Positions 1 through 9,336 of a stretch of 59,248 bases of DNA are shown in pieces. Below the pieces are notes generated by a model that was given only the letters and a program-made list of their open reading frames with translations, was not told where the DNA came from and made no database searches. Numbering within the stretch: the stretch's first letter is position 1; every line of letters begins with the position of its first letter. Origin of the DNA: an uncultured Myxococcales bacterium (GTDB taxonomy: Bacteria > Myxococcota_A > Polyangia > DRWM01 > JAAZOP01); contig CAZMRP010000003.1 of the NCBI GenBank assembly GCA_964568275.1, forward strand, positions 1-59,248. The letters are read 5' to 3'. A program made the position numbers and the translations under genes.

Positions 1-78
1 GCCACAGCCGTCCCCTACATCTTGGGGCTACCTGAGTCAAGTGGATAGCCCCCTGCCCGCAACCCGCGCCTGCGGTCG

Positions 79-1272
79 GTGCGCCAGGCGCTCGAGGTCG
101 CCGACGCGCAGCTCCAGCAGGCCTGGGGCGCACTGCTGCCGCGGCTGTCCGCGCAGTTCCTCTACGCGCTGAACGACCAGGAGACGGTGGTCGACTTTGC
201 CAGCCTCCTGCCGCCGGAGCTGCCGATCGAGATGGACCCGCTGGTGCTCCGCCGGCAGCACGTGGTCCAGTCCCAGCTCCAGGTGGCAGCCCCGCTCGTC
301 AACCTGTCGATCCTCTCGGTGATCGACACGGCCGAACTGGGCTGCTCCATGGTCGAGATCGGCGAGGAGGAAGGGGTCCGGCAGCTCCAGCTCGGCGTGG
401 CGACGGCGTTCTACGGCTGTCTGATGGCGCGCGAGGTGATCGGCCTGCAGGAGGACGCGTTCGCCAAGGCCAAGGAGCGGCTTCGCGCGGCGCAGGTACG
501 GCTCGTCGCGGAGTCCGGGATCCAGATCGACGTGACGCGAGCGGAGCTGGAGGTCGAGACCGCGCGGGCGGCGCACGAGGCGGCGGTCCTTGCCTACGAG
601 AACGCCCGCGAGGCGCTCGCCGGGCTTCTCGTGATGGACGAGCTGCCGGTCCCGGTGCCGCCGGAGGAGGATCCGGCTGCGCCGACGCAGTCCGCCGACG
701 ACCTCGTCGCGGAGGCAATCGAGTCGCGACCGGACGTGCGTCTTGCCCGGGCGAACGTCGACATGGCCGAGCAGCAGCTCTGGACCGCCTGGACCGCGTT
801 CTTTCCGTCGCTGGCAGTCGTGTGGCAGCTCAACACGGAGATCACCGAGCCGGCCGACATGGGCGGCAGGCGCAACGCGTGGGCGCTCGTGTTCTCGCTG
901 TCGATCCCGATCTACGACCAGTCGCGGTACGGGCTGCTCGACCAGCGCCGGGCCGAGATCAAGCAGGCGGAGGTTGACCTGGACGCCGCCGAGCTGGCGG
1001 CGCGAACGGAGATCCGGACGGCGATGCGCGAGTACGAGAGCTCCCTCGCCGCGATCGACACGGCCTTGCGTCAGGCCGACCTTGCGTCCGAGGCGCTGCA
1101 ACTCGCGGAGGTCGGCATGGACGCAGGGGCGGCGACGAGCCTCGACGTGGACGAGGCGCAGCAACGCGCCAACGCGACGCTCGTGAACGTCGTCGTCTCC
1201 AAGTTCAGAGCCCGACTGGCGCTCGTGCGGCTCCTGTTCCTGGCGGGGCGGACAGCGGAGGCCGGCGGATGA
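79..1272 (+). CDS. TolC/OprM-family outer-membrane efflux protein, N-terminally interrupted (possible pseudogene)
   Basis: Two TolC-type repeats are visible (ARNPRLRSVRQALEVADAQLQQA... and ESRPDVRLARANVDMAEQQLW...). The frame is open from position 1 but carries an in-frame TAG at 46-48. The first start after it is GTG 79. No signal peptide is visible. Confidence 0.65.
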   Translation: MRQALEVADAQLQQAWGALLPRLSAQFLYALNDQETVVDFASLLPPELPIEMDPLVLRRQHVVQSQLQVAAPLVNLSILSVIDTAELGCSMVEIGEEEGVRQLQLGVATAFYGCLMAREVIGLQEDAFAKAKERLRAAQVRLVAESGIQIDVTRAELEVETARAAHEAAVLAYENAREALAGLLVMDELPVPVPPEEDPAAPTQSADDLVAEAIESRPDVRLARANVDMAEQQLWTAWTAFFPSLAVVWQLNTEITEPADMGGRRNAWALVFSLSIPIYDQSRYGLLDQRRAEIKQAEVDLDAAELAARTEIRTAMREYESSLAAIDTALRQADLASEALQLAEVGMDAGAATSLDVDEAQQRANATLVNVVVSKFRARLALVRLLFLAGRTAEAGG

Positions 1273-2011
1273 GACCGACCTGGACCGAAGCGGGAGTGCG
1301 ACCTGCGTCTGCCAGAGCGGTCGCGGGACTGCGCAGGGATGGTCCCGTCGTTTGCGGCCTGGCCCGGCGTCGCAATCGGCTGATTCGGCGCTGTGCGGCC
1401 ACCGGGGCGGCGCCCGGCGGTGGGTATTCCCTCCTACCTGCGCCGCCGGGCGGCCGCCCCTCCACTGCGTGCAGCTCCAGCCGGGACTTGCCAACCGGGG
1501 CCGCGCCCGGATGCGCCATGGCCGTCCGGGGTTCTGCTGTACGAGATCCCGGCAGCGCTGTCGGGAAACCGTGCACTCTGCCGGTGCGCCGATCGGGACC
1601 CGCGCATCCGACATCGCCCCTGGCCGATGCCGTGCGACCGCGTCGGGCAGACGGCCGGTTCGTCGCGCGATTCCGTGACGTTCGGTTGCGAAGGAGCACA
1701 GGGCCGTTCCGGACGCCTCGAGGTCGGCTGTCCCGGATCGCGAGGACTGCCGCAACGTCTCCGAACCCGGCCTGGATCTTGGATCACGGAGGAGAGCGCG
1801 CGAGGAGGGCGCGTCATGGTCCGTGTTGCGTTTCGATGTTGCCGCGGCCTTGCCTCCTCCGTGCGCCGAGGATCTGGAGTCTGTCGCCGGTTGCCGTCTC
1901 CGCCGAGCGGTGGGGCGGGCCGACGCGCGGCGACCGCCTGCTCGGAGACACGCGTTCGGACCCTGCTTCTGGCAACTCGCCGCCCGCAGGCGTGCCGTTG
2001 ACGGAGGCGCG

Positions 2012-2875
2012 ATGACTGCCGAGATGCGGATCTGGCTGGCGCTGCTTCCCGGCCTGGTCGTCATGGGGTTGTTCTTCGCGGGGTACGTCGCGTTCGCGAT
2101 CCGGTTCCGCGGCGGCGACCTGCCGCGGTACCCCGAGGTCGAGGAGCGTCCGGCATCCCGCTACCTCGGCCACTGGCTGCGCACGGGCATGATCTGGATG
2201 CTGCGGCCGATCGAGGACCTGCTGATCCGCTGTCGGATCACGCCGAACCGGATCACGGCGTCCTCGAGCCTGCTCGCCCTGCTGGGCGGCATCGCGCTCG
2301 GCCACGGCCGGTTCGCGCTGGGCGGCTGGCTGTACCTGTTCTCGGGGATCTTCGACATCTTCGACGGTCGCATTGCCCGCCGGACGGGCAGCGTCAGCCG
2401 CTTCGGGGGCGTGCTCGACTCGGTCTCGGACCGGTACGGCGAGTTCTTCGCGTTCGCCGGGCTCGCCTGGTTCTACCGCGGTACCCCCGTCGTCGGGCTG
2501 GTCGTCCTGGCGATCTTCGGCTCGCTGATGGTGAGCTACGTGGGTGCAAGGTCGGAGGCCGCGGGCGTCTCGCTTCCGTACCGGGGCTGGCGGCGCCCGG
2601 AGCGCGTGCTCTACCTCGGCCTGCCGGTCGCGCTGAGTCCGGTCGTCGCTGCGCTGTTCGAGACGCGACAACCGCCGATGCACTGGATTGCCGTCGTCGC
2701 CATCGGGATCATCGCGCTCGGCGCCAACGTCTCCGCGGTGCGCCGCTTCCGCGACGTCCGAAACGCGATGACCGGGCCGGCGTCGGGCGGGAGAACCTCG
2801 TCGAGCCCCATGCCGTCGGCCGGCGGACGGTCACCGGCCGCACAGGCGGTGCGACGGGGAGGGGAGGCCGCATGA
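2012..2875 (+). CDS. CDP-alcohol phosphatidyltransferase family membrane protein
   Basis: Exact family signature DIFDGRIARRTGSVSRFGGVLDSVSDR, i.e. D-x2-DG-x2-AR-x8-G-x3-D-x3-D. The protein is multi-TM and hydrophobic. ATG 2012 is chosen because the Arg-rich extension upstream does not look like coding sequence. Confidence 0.85.
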   Translation: MTAEMRIWLALLPGLVVMGLFFAGYVAFAIRFRGGDLPRYPEVEERPASRYLGHWLRTGMIWMLRPIEDLLIRCRITPNRITASSSLLALLGGIALGHGRFALGGWLYLFSGIFDIFDGRIARRTGSVSRFGGVLDSVSDRYGEFFAFAGLAWFYRGTPVVGLVVLAIFGSLMVSYVGARSEAAGVSLPYRGWRRPERVLYLGLPVALSPVVAALFETRQPPMHWIAVVAIGIIALGANVSAVRRFRDVRNAMTGPASGGRTSSSPMPSAGGRSPAAQAVRRGGEAA

Positions 2876-3351
2876 GTGCAGGGGCCGCGCACCGGGCGTC
2901 CCTCGTCGCCGGCCTGTTCGGGGTCGGCCGCTGGCCGCTGGCTCCGGGCACCTGGGCCAGCCTGGTCGCCGCCGTGCCGGCATGGCCGCTCGCGGTCCTC
3001 GGCGGCCGATGGATTGCCGCCGCGACCGCTGCGGGGGTTGTGGCCCTTGCGACCTGGGTGGCCCACCGCGTCTGCGTGGCGACGGGCGAGATGGACCCCT
3101 CGTGGGTCGTGATCGACGAGGTCGCCGGCGTGCTGGTGACCTTCGCCCTCTGTCCGCACACGGTGCCGGGCCTGCTGTCCGGTCTGGTGCTGTTCCGCGT
3201 CTTCGACATCGCCAAGCCGTTCCCGTGCGGGCTCGTGCACCGGCGGCTGCACCGGCCGCCCGGTGTCGGGGTCGTGGTGGACGACGTGCTGGCGGCGCTG
3301 TGGGCGGCGGGGACGAGCTGGGCGATCACCGCCCTGCTCGGATCGGCGTAG
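2872..3351 (+). CDS. pgpA: phosphatidylglycerophosphatase A
   Basis: PgpA-like blocks DPSWVVIDEVAG, FRVFDIAKPFP and VVVDDVLAALWA. A 4-nt ATGA overlap joins it to the upstream gene. Confidence 0.85.
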   Translation: MSAGAAHRASLVAGLFGVGRWPLAPGTWASLVAAVPAWPLAVLGGRWIAAATAAGVVALATWVAHRVCVATGEMDPSWVVIDEVAGVLVTFALCPHTVPGLLSGLVLFRVFDIAKPFPCGLVHRRLHRPPGVGVVVDDVLAALWAAGTSWAITALLGSA

Positions 3352-3359
3352 GAGTTGCG

Positions 3360-4475
3360 ATGGCCGGAACGAGCTACGCGACCCAGGATCTGCGGGTGGC
3401 CTACAGGTACGGACGGGCGATCGTGTCCCGGCGTCCCCCGATCATCTACGCCGAAGTCACGATGCGTTGCGACGCCCGCTGCGCCTACTGCCCGTACTGG
3501 AGGCTCCGACCCGCGGGCGAGCTGGACGACTGGCGCCCGGTGGCGCGGCACTTCCTGCCTGCGGTCATGGTGCTGACGGGCGGGGAGCCGCTGACGCGGG
3601 CCGACCTGGAGCGAATCGTCTCCGACCTCAAGACCGAGGGGGTGCCGTTCGTGTCGTTGTTGACCAACGGCCATCGGCTGACGCTGGAGCGGGCCGCCGA
3701 CCTGCGGCTGGCGGGGCTGGACGGCGTGTCGGTGTCGCTGAACCACCTGGGCGCGGCCCACGATCGGCAGCGGGGCATCCCCGGACTGTACGCACACCTG
3801 GAGCGCGTCGTGCCGCGGCTGCCGGCCTTCGGCTTCCGCCGCGTCGCCTGCAACGTCGTCATCACGGCGGCCAACCTGGCGGAGATCCCGGCGATTGCCG
3901 ACCAGGTCCGCCGGTGGGGTGCCGAACTGTCGGTAAGCTGCTACTCGCCCCGCAAGACCGGCGACACCGGGCCGCTGATCCCGCGACAGCGCCACGGCGA
4001 GCTGCAGCACGTGGTCGAGCGGCTGCTCTCCCTCAAGGACGAATGGCCGGGGCTCGTCTCCAGTCGCTGGTACCTCGAGCGCGTCCCGGATTTCTTCCGG
4101 ACGGGCCGGATCTCCGACTGTCCGGCGGGCCGGGCGTTCCTGCACATCACGCCCCAGGGACTGGTCAAGCCGTGTCCGGACCTGGACCCCGTCGCGCCAT
4201 TCCGGGAGTACGACCCGTCGAAGGCACCGACCGTTGCCTGCGACTGCTGTTGGTACGCCTGCCGGGGGGAATCCCAGGCCCCGATGACGCTGGCACGCGT
4301 TGTCGAGATGGCGCAGTGCGGTCGCGGCGCGCGCCTCGTTCCAGACGGGGCGAGCGAGGCGGGGGGGAAGCACGATGACTCCCGGCCCTGCGGCATCCCG
4401 GCCGCGGCGGCGGAAGCGACGCGCCGCGACTCGGCCCTGCCGCCACGCAAGGCGTGGCCGGCGGCGGAGCGGTAG
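3360..4475 (+). CDS. radical SAM enzyme with a C-terminal Cys-rich (SPASM/twitch-like) region
   Basis: CX3CX2C motif CDARCAYC near the N-terminus, GGEPL glycine-rich block, and C-terminal CPAG...ITPQGLVKPCPD...CDCCWYAC. Confidence 0.8.
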   Translation: MAGTSYATQDLRVAYRYGRAIVSRRPPIIYAEVTMRCDARCAYCPYWRLRPAGELDDWRPVARHFLPAVMVLTGGEPLTRADLERIVSDLKTEGVPFVSLLTNGHRLTLERAADLRLAGLDGVSVSLNHLGAAHDRQRGIPGLYAHLERVVPRLPAFGFRRVACNVVITAANLAEIPAIADQVRRWGAELSVSCYSPRKTGDTGPLIPRQRHGELQHVVERLLSLKDEWPGLVSSRWYLERVPDFFRTGRISDCPAGRAFLHITPQGLVKPCPDLDPVAPFREYDPSKAPTVACDCCWYACRGESQAPMTLARVVEMAQCGRGARLVPDGASEAGGKHDDSRPCGIPAAAAEATRRDSALPPRKAWPAAER

Positions 4476-4479
4476 GCCG

Positions 4480-5472
4480 ATGCAGGGGCGGTCGCGCCGG
4501 TTGCTGGGACTGCTCGCGGCCTTCGCGGCGCTCGGCATCGTCGCCTGGTTCTGGCGGTACGACCTGCGGGAGGCTGCAGCGGCGCTGCGGAACGTGGGCT
4601 GGCCCGCGCTGCTCGTGCTTCCCCTGTACCTCGGCTGGACGCTGGCCGCCGCGCGGGGCTGGCGGCTGTTGTTCGTCGGCGTGCCGACGGCCGAGGTCCC
4701 GTCCACGGGCCGCCTGTTCGCGGTGCGCTTGGCGACGCAGATCGTGGGGCTCGGGGTCCCTGTGGGGACGGTCGCCGCCGGGGCCGTCCGGGCCGTCCTC
4801 ACCACCGGTCCGCAGCGCATCGCCGTGGGCCTGTCCGCGGTGACCCTCGATTCGCTCGTGGATGCCGTGGCCGGCCTCGCGTTCTTCCTCGTCGGCTCCC
4901 TGGTGGTGCTGGACGGGAGCGGCACGCACGCCGGCTGGATCGTCTCCGGCGTCGTCGTGGCCGCCGGACTCGCCGCGTTGGCTTGGCACGCACACCGGCT
5001 GGCCGGGTTGGCTGCACGGAGGCTGCGCGGGCGTGGCGGGCGGTGGTTGGACGCGCTTTCGAGGTTGTCGGAGGCGGGCCCGGGGCTGCGCGGCACGATG
5101 GTGCGGTCCGGCGGCTGGAGACTGCTGGAGCGCCTGCTCATGTGCGGCGAGATCGCGGTCGCGTCGTGGGCGCTGGGAGTCCACCTGGCGCCCTGGGAAG
5201 CCGTGTTCGCGGCGGCGTGGATGATGGGCGTCGGGATGCTCTTCTTCTACGTCCCGGGGGAGGCGGGGGCCAACGAGGCCGGACTGCTCATCGCGTTCGG
5301 CGCGCTCGGCCTGCCGGCGTCGACGGCGCTGGCGATCGCCCTGCTCCGCCGGGCACGGCAGGTTATCGCCGCGGCGCTCGGCGCCCCGCTGCTCGCGGTG
5401 CTGTCCTCCACCGGCAGCCACCGAGGGGCGCGGATTCCGGCCGAGCGGGTTGGAGGGCGTCCGTGCGGATGA
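4480..5472 (+). CDS. flippase-like / lysylphosphatidylglycerol-synthase TM-region family (UPF0104) membrane protein
   Basis: A polytopic membrane protein of about 330 aa with the Arg/Trp-rich loops typical of UPF0104 or HpnL-like proteins. It starts 5 nt after the radical SAM stop. The family assignment is by overall pattern only. Confidence 0.6.
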   Translation: MQGRSRRLLGLLAAFAALGIVAWFWRYDLREAAAALRNVGWPALLVLPLYLGWTLAAARGWRLLFVGVPTAEVPSTGRLFAVRLATQIVGLGVPVGTVAAGAVRAVLTTGPQRIAVGLSAVTLDSLVDAVAGLAFFLVGSLVVLDGSGTHAGWIVSGVVVAAGLAALAWHAHRLAGLAARRLRGRGGRWLDALSRLSEAGPGLRGTMVRSGGWRLLERLLMCGEIAVASWALGVHLAPWEAVFAAAWMMGVGMLFFYVPGEAGANEAGLLIAFGALGLPASTALAIALLRRARQVIAAALGAPLLAVLSSTGSHRGARIPAERVGGRPCG

Positions 5473-6695
5473 CTGCCCGCTCGGCTCGCGTTCCGGCCGC
5501 GTCGTCTCCCGAGCGGATCGCGGCCCTGGTGGTCGTTCCGGCCGAAGGCTTCGGCGGAGCGGAGCGGCAGGCGGTAGCCGCGATCCGCCGCCTGCCCGAT
5601 TTCGGCGTCGACGTCGTGCCTCTCGTCGGCCCGGGCACCCGCATCGTCGACGCGCTCCAGGACGGCGAAGCCGGCTACTTCGTGCACTCCCCCGACTTCC
5701 CCCGGGCTCCCGAGCCCGACGGCAGTCCGGTCCGGCGCGCGGCCGAGTACCTCGCGTCGTTCGCTCGCGTCACGCACGCCGCGATGCGCCTCGCGGACAC
5801 GCGGCCGATCGACGTGGTCTACGCCGTCCGCAGCTTCGGCTGGCTCGTGGGTGGCGCCGTCGGACGGGCGCGGGACCTGCCGGTCGTCTGGCGTGCGGGA
5901 AGCCGTGCCGAGCGCCCGATCCAGCAGGTCGGCGGCTGGCTCGCCTCGAGAGCGCTGCATCCGGCGGTGACCGTCTTCAACTCCCTTGCCGTGCGCGACT
6001 CCCTGGGCGGCTGGCTCGGCGGACGGCAGGAGCTGCTGGCGAACGCCGTGGACACGGACCGCTTCCACCCGGAGGGCATCGCCCCCAGCTACCGTCGGGA
6101 GCTGGCGCTCGACGACACCGTGCCCGTCGTGGGGATTCCGGCCCGCCCCGCCCCCGAGAAGGGATTCGGCACTCTGCCGGCCCTGATCTGCCGCCTGCGG
6201 AACTCCTTCCCCCGCCTGCGGGTGCTCGTGGCCGGGGAGTACCCGTGGCGCGCGCGCTACGAGGCGGAGTGCGGGCGGCTCGGACTCGGACAGACGATCG
6301 TGTTCCTCGGTCACGTCCGGCGGATGGAGTCGTTCTACGCGAGTTGCGACGTCGTGCTGCTGCCATCGACCGCCGACGGGATCGAAGGGGCGCCGAACGC
6401 GCTGCTCGAGGCGATGTCCATGGAGCGGGCGGTCTGCGGCTCCCGCGTCGGGGGAATCCCGGAGTTGATCGAAGACGGGACGAACGGCCGGTTGATCGAG
6501 CCCGAGGATCCCGCCGCGGCCGATGTCCTCGTGGATCTCCTGTGGGCGTCCGACCTGCGCCGCCGGCTCGGCGTCGCGGCCCGCCGGTACGTGGTCGCCC
6601 ACCATGCGGAGGCGCTCGTCATCCGCCGGCTCGCCGAGATCCTGCGCGGCGAGGCGCGCAGAGGCACCGTCCCGACGCACAGCGGGACGGGCTGA
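5469..6695 (+). CDS. GT4-family (GT-B) glycosyltransferase
   Basis: C-terminal GT1/GT4 block LPSTADGIEGAPNALLEAMSMERAVCGSRVGGIPELIEDGTNG (E-x7-E). ATGA overlap with the upstream gene. Confidence 0.85.
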   Translation: MTARSARVPAASSPERIAALVVVPAEGFGGAERQAVAAIRRLPDFGVDVVPLVGPGTRIVDALQDGEAGYFVHSPDFPRAPEPDGSPVRRAAEYLASFARVTHAAMRLADTRPIDVVYAVRSFGWLVGGAVGRARDLPVVWRAGSRAERPIQQVGGWLASRALHPAVTVFNSLAVRDSLGGWLGGRQELLANAVDTDRFHPEGIAPSYRRELALDDTVPVVGIPARPAPEKGFGTLPALICRLRNSFPRLRVLVAGEYPWRARYEAECGRLGLGQTIVFLGHVRRMESFYASCDVVLLPSTADGIEGAPNALLEAMSMERAVCGSRVGGIPELIEDGTNGRLIEPEDPAAADVLVDLLWASDLRRRLGVAARRYVVAHHAEALVIRRLAEILRGEARRGTVPTHSGTG

Positions 6696-6705
6696 TGGTG
6701 GCCGG

Positions 6706-9336
6706 ATGGGCCTTGTCGAGCGGTACGTGCGATTCGCCTGGCGCCATCCCTGGCTGGTGCTGGCCTGCGCCGCCGTGGCGACGGTCGCCGGCGGCGTGCT
6801 GGCCATGCGGCTGCGGGTCTCCGCGGATCTGCGCGACCTGCTCCCGGAGGGCACGGCGAGCGTGCGGGCGATGGACGAGGCCCTGGCGCGCCTCGGCTCG
6901 ACGGACTCCCTGACGATCGCGGTCCAGTCCCCCGACCGGCTGGCCAACCGCCGGTTCCTCGAGACGGTCGCGGCACGGGTCGAGCGCTGGCCGGAGCGTC
7001 CGTTTCTCCTGTGGAAGCTGGACGTCCGCTACTTCCTCGATCGTCGCCTGTACTACGTGGACCTTCCGGATCTCGTGGCCGTCCGGGACAACCTGCAGCG
7101 CCGCCTGCGGTACGAGAAGGTCCACGCGAACCCGGCCTACATCGACCTCGACCCCGAGCCGGCGCCGGTCATCGTTCCCGAGGAAATGGAGGACCGCTAT
7201 CGGGACCGCTTCGGGTGGAAGGAGGACGAAGGCGCGGACGCGCCCGCGGCACGCCGCCAGGACGCCCTGGCGGGCGACGTCGTGTATATCGAAGGACCCG
7301 CGAGCGGGGACGAGGAGGATGCGACCGGCGGGGCGCCCGATCACGGCCCGCAGGTTCCGGACGCCGATGGGGGTCCGGCGGGGAGCGAAGGCGAGATCGT
7401 CAGCGCTCTGGTGATTCGCTTCCCGGAGTCCGCGGTGGATCTCGACTTCGCGCGCCGGGTGGCGGTGCGCGCCGAGTGCCTGGTCGGCGTCCGGAGCGGC
7501 GGGGACTGCAGCGGAGAGCATGCCGGAGTGTCGCTTGGAGACCGTGCGACGGTCGAGCCTCGCGCCTTCCATCCGGACTTGCGGGTCGATGTGGCTGGCG
7601 GGCTGCACCAGCGGATGCGGGAGTCGGAGGTCGCCTCGCGCGCCGCGGTCCGGTCGGCGCTGTCCTCGCTGCTACTCGTCGCGGTCATCGTGGCGGCGGC
7701 GTTCCGTCGGGTGCGGGCTATCCTGTTCGTGCTGGTCCCGCTGGTCGTCGGCGTCGTGCTGTCGCTCGGGTTCGCCAGCGTCGTGCTGGGCACCCTCAAC
7801 CTGATCGCCGCCTGCACGTTCGCCGTCCTGATCGGCCTGGGCGTCGACTTCGGGATCCACCTCGGCCGGCGGCACGACGAGGAGCGGCGGGCCGGCGCGT
7901 CCGCCCTGGACGCGGCGATCCGCGCGACCACGCTCACGGGCCGCGGCGTCGTGGGAGCCGGTCTGACAACGGCCGCCGCGTTCGTGGCGCTGCTCTTCGC
8001 GCACTTCCGGGGGTTCCGGGAGTTCGGTCTCCTGAGCAGCGTTTCGGTCCCGATCACGCTGGTGTCGGCCCTGGCCCTGTTCCCGGCGCTGTTGTCGGTC
8101 ACGAGGCGAAGGCGGGCACCGCTCCCAGGTCCGGCGCCCGCCGGCGAGCCGGTCGTCCCGCGCGTCACGGGCCCCGCAGGCCGGTGGGGTCTCGCGGTCC
8201 TGTTCGTCGTCCTCGTGGCGGGCGGCGCCGTGGCGCTGCCGCGGCTGGAGTTCGAATACGACTTCAACCGGCTGATGGCAAGGGCGGACGCCGGCTCCAT
8301 CCAGAGCAAGCGTGCGACGCGGGGCTACTCCGGGTCGCCCGGCGTCGCGCTCGCCCCTACCCCGGATGCCGCGCGCCGCGCTCGCGAGGCCATCGAAGCC
8401 GGCAGGCAGGACGATCCTGCCTTTCTGCGCGCCAGTTGGTCCCTCGATTCATTCGAGCCGCAGGACCAGGACGCGAAGCGGGAGGTCATGGCGAGCATCC
8501 TCCGGCTGCTCGACGAGCCGTCGTTCGGCTTCGTGGAGGACGACATGAGCGACGAGGAGTACGAGCGGCTGGGCGAGATCCGGGGCTGGCTCGCGGCCGG
8601 GCCCGTCGACGTCGACGACGCCGACTTCCCCGCGTGGGCCCGGCGGCTGTTCACGGAGAAGGACGGGCGCCACCTCGGCCGGATCGTCTACCTGATGCCG
8701 CGGATCTCGACCTCCGACGCCCGGGCAACCGGCGCCATGCAGCAGTGGGTCGGGAAGCTGGGACTGCCCGCGGGGACCGTCGTGGCGTCGTCCGGATTCG
8801 TCCTGGCCGACGTCGTCCGATCCGTCCTTGACGATGCCTGGCGGATCGTCGGGCTGGCCACGGTCGGCATCGTCCTCGCGATCCTGCTGCTGTGGCCATC
8901 CCCGCGGCTCGCTGCAGCCATCCTGGTGCCGCTGGCGGGCGGCTTCGTCGTCATGTTCGGGCTGCTGGCCGTGCTCGGGGTGAAGATCACGTTCTACTCG
9001 GTCGCCGCCTTCCCGGTGATCCTGGGAACCGGGGTCGACGGCGGGATCCACCTCCTCCACCGCTGGTTGCAGGATCCGTCGCGGTCGGTCCGGAACGCGG
9101 TGCGAGGCGCCGGGCCGTCGATCCTGCTCTCCGCTCTCACGACGGCCGTGGCGTTCGGCAGCCTCATGGCGACCGACCATCGCGGCCTCTTCTCGCTGGG
9201 GCTGGTGTCCGCGATCGGCCTGACGGCCGTCGTCGCGACGACCGTGCTGGGAACGTCCGGGCTCCTGTTGACCGGCCTCGTCCGCGCGCCCCTGAGGACC
9301 CGGAGCGCCACCGGTGGAGCTTCCGGCGATGAGTAG
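6706..9336 (+). CDS. MMPL/RND-superfamily exporter (HpnN-like two-module architecture)
   Basis: Two periplasmic-domain plus 5-6 TM bundles, each with MMPL-like GxGxDxGIHL motifs (GLGVDFGIHL and GTGVDGGIHLLH). Confidence 0.85.
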   Translation: MGLVERYVRFAWRHPWLVLACAAVATVAGGVLAMRLRVSADLRDLLPEGTASVRAMDEALARLGSTDSLTIAVQSPDRLANRRFLETVAARVERWPERPFLLWKLDVRYFLDRRLYYVDLPDLVAVRDNLQRRLRYEKVHANPAYIDLDPEPAPVIVPEEMEDRYRDRFGWKEDEGADAPAARRQDALAGDVVYIEGPASGDEEDATGGAPDHGPQVPDADGGPAGSEGEIVSALVIRFPESAVDLDFARRVAVRAECLVGVRSGGDCSGEHAGVSLGDRATVEPRAFHPDLRVDVAGGLHQRMRESEVASRAAVRSALSSLLLVAVIVAAAFRRVRAILFVLVPLVVGVVLSLGFASVVLGTLNLIAACTFAVLIGLGVDFGIHLGRRHDEERRAGASALDAAIRATTLTGRGVVGAGLTTAAAFVALLFAHFRGFREFGLLSSVSVPITLVSALALFPALLSVTRRRRAPLPGPAPAGEPVVPRVTGPAGRWGLAVLFVVLVAGGAVALPRLEFEYDFNRLMARADAGSIQSKRATRGYSGSPGVALAPTPDAARRAREAIEAGRQDDPAFLRASWSLDSFEPQDQDAKREVMASILRLLDEPSFGFVEDDMSDEEYERLGEIRGWLAAGPVDVDDADFPAWARRLFTEKDGRHLGRIVYLMPRISTSDARATGAMQQWVGKLGLPAGTVVASSGFVLADVVRSVLDDAWRIVGLATVGIVLAILLLWPSPRLAAAILVPLAGGFVVMFGLLAVLGVKITFYSVAAFPVILGTGVDGGIHLLHRWLQDPSRSVRNAVRGAGPSILLSALTTAVAFGSLMATDHRGLFSLGLVSAIGLTAVVATTVLGTSGLLLTGLVRAPLRTRSATGGASGDE

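Noticed and set aside
37-5141. Long minus-strand ORFs 37-2064 (675 aa) and 2709-5141 (810 aa)
   Set aside because: They lie opposite motif-bearing plus-strand genes (TolC-like, CDP-alcohol transferase, PgpA, radical SAM). Low-complexity Arg/Pro composition.
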